37,069 nt of DNA from Zoogloeaceae bacterium (lineage in GTDB: Bacteria; Pseudomonadota; Gammaproteobacteria; Burkholderiales; Rhodocyclaceae), in NCBI GenBank assembly GCA_031259605.1, contig JAIRLE010000029.1, forward strand, positions 1-37,069. The letters run 5' to 3'. Each line of letters starts with the position of its first letter. Positions within the stretch are counted from its first letter, which is position 1. This document shows positions 35,434 through 37,069 of this stretch, one piece after another. Both the position numbers and the translations under genes were made by a program. Below the pieces are notes generated by a model. That model made no database searches. It saw only the letters and a program-made list of their open reading frames with translations, and had not been told where the DNA came from.

Positions 35434-37069
35434 ATGCCCACATTGAACTGGATCGGCAAGAAGGCCGTCGAGACGCATCACCGGGAGGTGCCCTTTCATT
35501 TGCTGGAAGCCGCGCCGGAATTGTCTTGCGGCGATGTTGGCGGCGGCAATCTGATCGTCGAGGGCGACAATCTGCTGGCGCTGAAAGCCTTGCTGCCGCG
35601 CTACGCCGGGCAGGTGAAGTGCGTCTACATCGATCCGCCCTATAACACCGGCAACGAAGGCTGGGCCTACAACGACAAGGTGAACAGCCCGGAAATCCAG
35701 AAATGGCTGAAGGAGGTGGTGGGCAAGGAAGGCGAAACGCTGGATCGACACGACCGCTGGCTCACCATGATGTACCCGCGCCTCGCGCTCCTGCGGCGGT
35801 TTTTGCGGGAGGATGGGGCGATCTTCGTTTCCATCGACGACAACGAAGTCGCGCATCTGCGGTTGCTGATGGACGAAATTTTTGGGGCGCAAAATTTTGT
35901 GGCGACCGTGCTTTGGCAAAAAGTGTATTCGCCCAAGAATTCCGCGCGGCATTTATCGGAAGACCATGACTACGTGGTCATCTATGCGGCAAACGCGGCT
36001 ACTTGGACGCCCAATCTTTTGCCCCGCACGGATGAACAGAACAAGGCGTATAAAAATCCCGACAAAGACCCTCGCGGCGTGTGGAAAACAGGCGACTTAT
36101 CGGCGCGCAACTATTATTCCGCCGGGACTTATTCGATAACATGTCCGTCCGGGCGCGTCATAGACGCCCCGCCCAAGGGCATGTATTGGCGCGTTTCAAA
36201 AGAAAATTTTGAACGGCTGAATCGGGAAGGGCGTATCTGGTGGGGAAAAGATGGAAACGCAATTCCTCAAATCAAGCGTTTCTTGAGCGAAGTGAAAGAT
36301 GGAAGAGTCCCGCAAACCATGTGGTTCTGCGATGAAGTCGGCCACACGCAGGAAGCCAAGAAAGAATTGCTGGAATGCGTCGAGTTCGCCACATCCGACG
36401 ATGTTTTCATCACCCCCAAACCTACGCGCTTGATCCAGCGCATCCTGCAAATCGCCAGCGACAAGGATTCCCTGATTCTCGATTCCTTCGCCGGTTCCGG
36501 CACGACTGGCCACGCCGTCCTGAAGCAAAACGCCGAAGACGGCGGATCGCGCCGCTTCATTCTCGTGGAAATGGACAAGGCCATCGCCCGCAACGTGACC
36601 GCCGAACGCCTGAAGCGCGTAACAGAAGGTTATACGAACACCAGGGGTGAAACGGTTGCGGGTCTTTCCGGCGGCTTCCAGTTCTGCCGCCTTTCCGCCG
36701 AACCGCTCTTTACCCATGACGGCGCGATTCGCCCGGACGTTTCCTTTGCCCAACTGGCCGAATTCGTCTGGTTCATGGAAACCGGCGCGGGGCATGAACC
36801 GCCGCAAACAGGAGAAGCGCAGCCCTCCGAAACGCCGGAGCCAACCGTGTACGGCCCGTATCTGGGCATCCATCGTGGCCGCGCCGTGTTCCTGCTCTAC
36901 AACGGCATCCTGAAAGACAAATCCGATCTCGGCGGCAATGTGTTGAACAGCCGCACCCTCGCCTATCTGGAAAGCTGTCTGCCGGAAGGATTTTCCGGCA
37001 CAAAGGCCATTTATGGCGCGCGCTCCCGGTTCGACAAGGCAAGACTCGCCAGAATGGGCGTAACCTTTC
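35434..37069 (+). CDS. Site-specific DNA adenine methyltransferase, type III R-M Mod-like (beta class), 3' end outside the window
   Basis: Missing from the ORF track because it has no stop in the window. Manual translation from ATG 35434 gives MPTLNWIGKKAV, EGDNLLALKAL, CVYIDPPYNTGN (motif IV), RHDRWLTMMYPRL, IFVSIDDNE, TPKPTRLIQRIL, ILDSFAGSGTTGHAV (motif I), RRFILVEM. The motifs are in one frame to the window end (...ARMGVTF). Confidence 0.92.
   Translation, partial: MPTLNWIGKKAVETHHREVPFHLLEAAPELSCGDVGGGNLIVEGDNLLALKALLPRYAGQVKCVYIDPPYNTGNEGWAYNDKVNSPEIQKWLKEVVGKEGETLDRHDRWLTMMYPRLALLRRFLREDGAIFVSIDDNEVAHLRLLMDEIFGAQNFVATVLWQKVYSPKNSARHLSEDHDYVVIYAANAATWTPNLLPRTDEQNKAYKNPDKDPRGVWKTGDLSARNYYSAGTYSITCPSGRVIDAPPKGMYWRVSKENFERLNREGRIWWGKDGNAIPQIKRFLSEVKDGRVPQTMWFCDEVGHTQEAKKELLECVEFATSDDVFITPKPTRLIQRILQIASDKDSLILDSFAGSGTTGHAVLKQNAEDGGSRRFILVEMDKAIARNVTAERLKRVTEGYTNTRGETVAGLSGGFQFCRLSAEPLFTHDGAIRPDVSFAQLAEFVWFMETGAGHEPPQTGEAQPSETPEPTVYGPYLGIHRGRAVFLLYNGILKDKSDLGGNVLNSRTLAYLESCLPEGFSGTKAIYGARSRFDKARLARMGVTF

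Noticed and set aside
35434-37069. Phase-variable simple sequence repeat in the mod gene (phasevarion)
   Set aside because: No long homopolymer or perfect short tandem tract in the visible coding region. The upstream heptamers are degenerate and outside the ORF.

Overview
GC-rich betaproteobacterial chromosome segment; Rhodocyclales-like is my inference from the MurG/FtsZ/RpoD style. Bases 1-30.9 kb are core genome: mrcA (PBP1A, cut by the window start) divergent from pilMNOPQ; a minus-strand rpsU-yqeY-dnaG-rpoD-murI unit; and, divergent from rpsU, a dcw cluster (mraZ-rsmH-ftsL-ftsI-murE-murF-mraY-murD-ftsW-murG-murC-ddl-ftsQ-ftsA-ftsZ). Where lpxC usually follows ftsZ there is an accessory block: a 103-bp palindromic TIR element, a three-domain MBL-hydrolase/GAF/HD-GYP protein, a CHASE2 class III adenylate cyclase whose C-terminus reads into a heptamer-repeat element, and a type III R-M Mod-like methyltransferase (cut by the window end). 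Best leads: (i) two ~93%-identical, highly structured 167-bp non-coding elements in direct orientation flanking rpsU-yqeY-dnaG; (ii) the cyclase plus dual-phosphodiesterase signalling pair; (iii) a codon-usage mosaic patch in a variable segment of PilQ; (iv) a ~270-aa Ala/Lys-rich N-terminal extension on RpoD. All counts were done by hand and no database searches were run.
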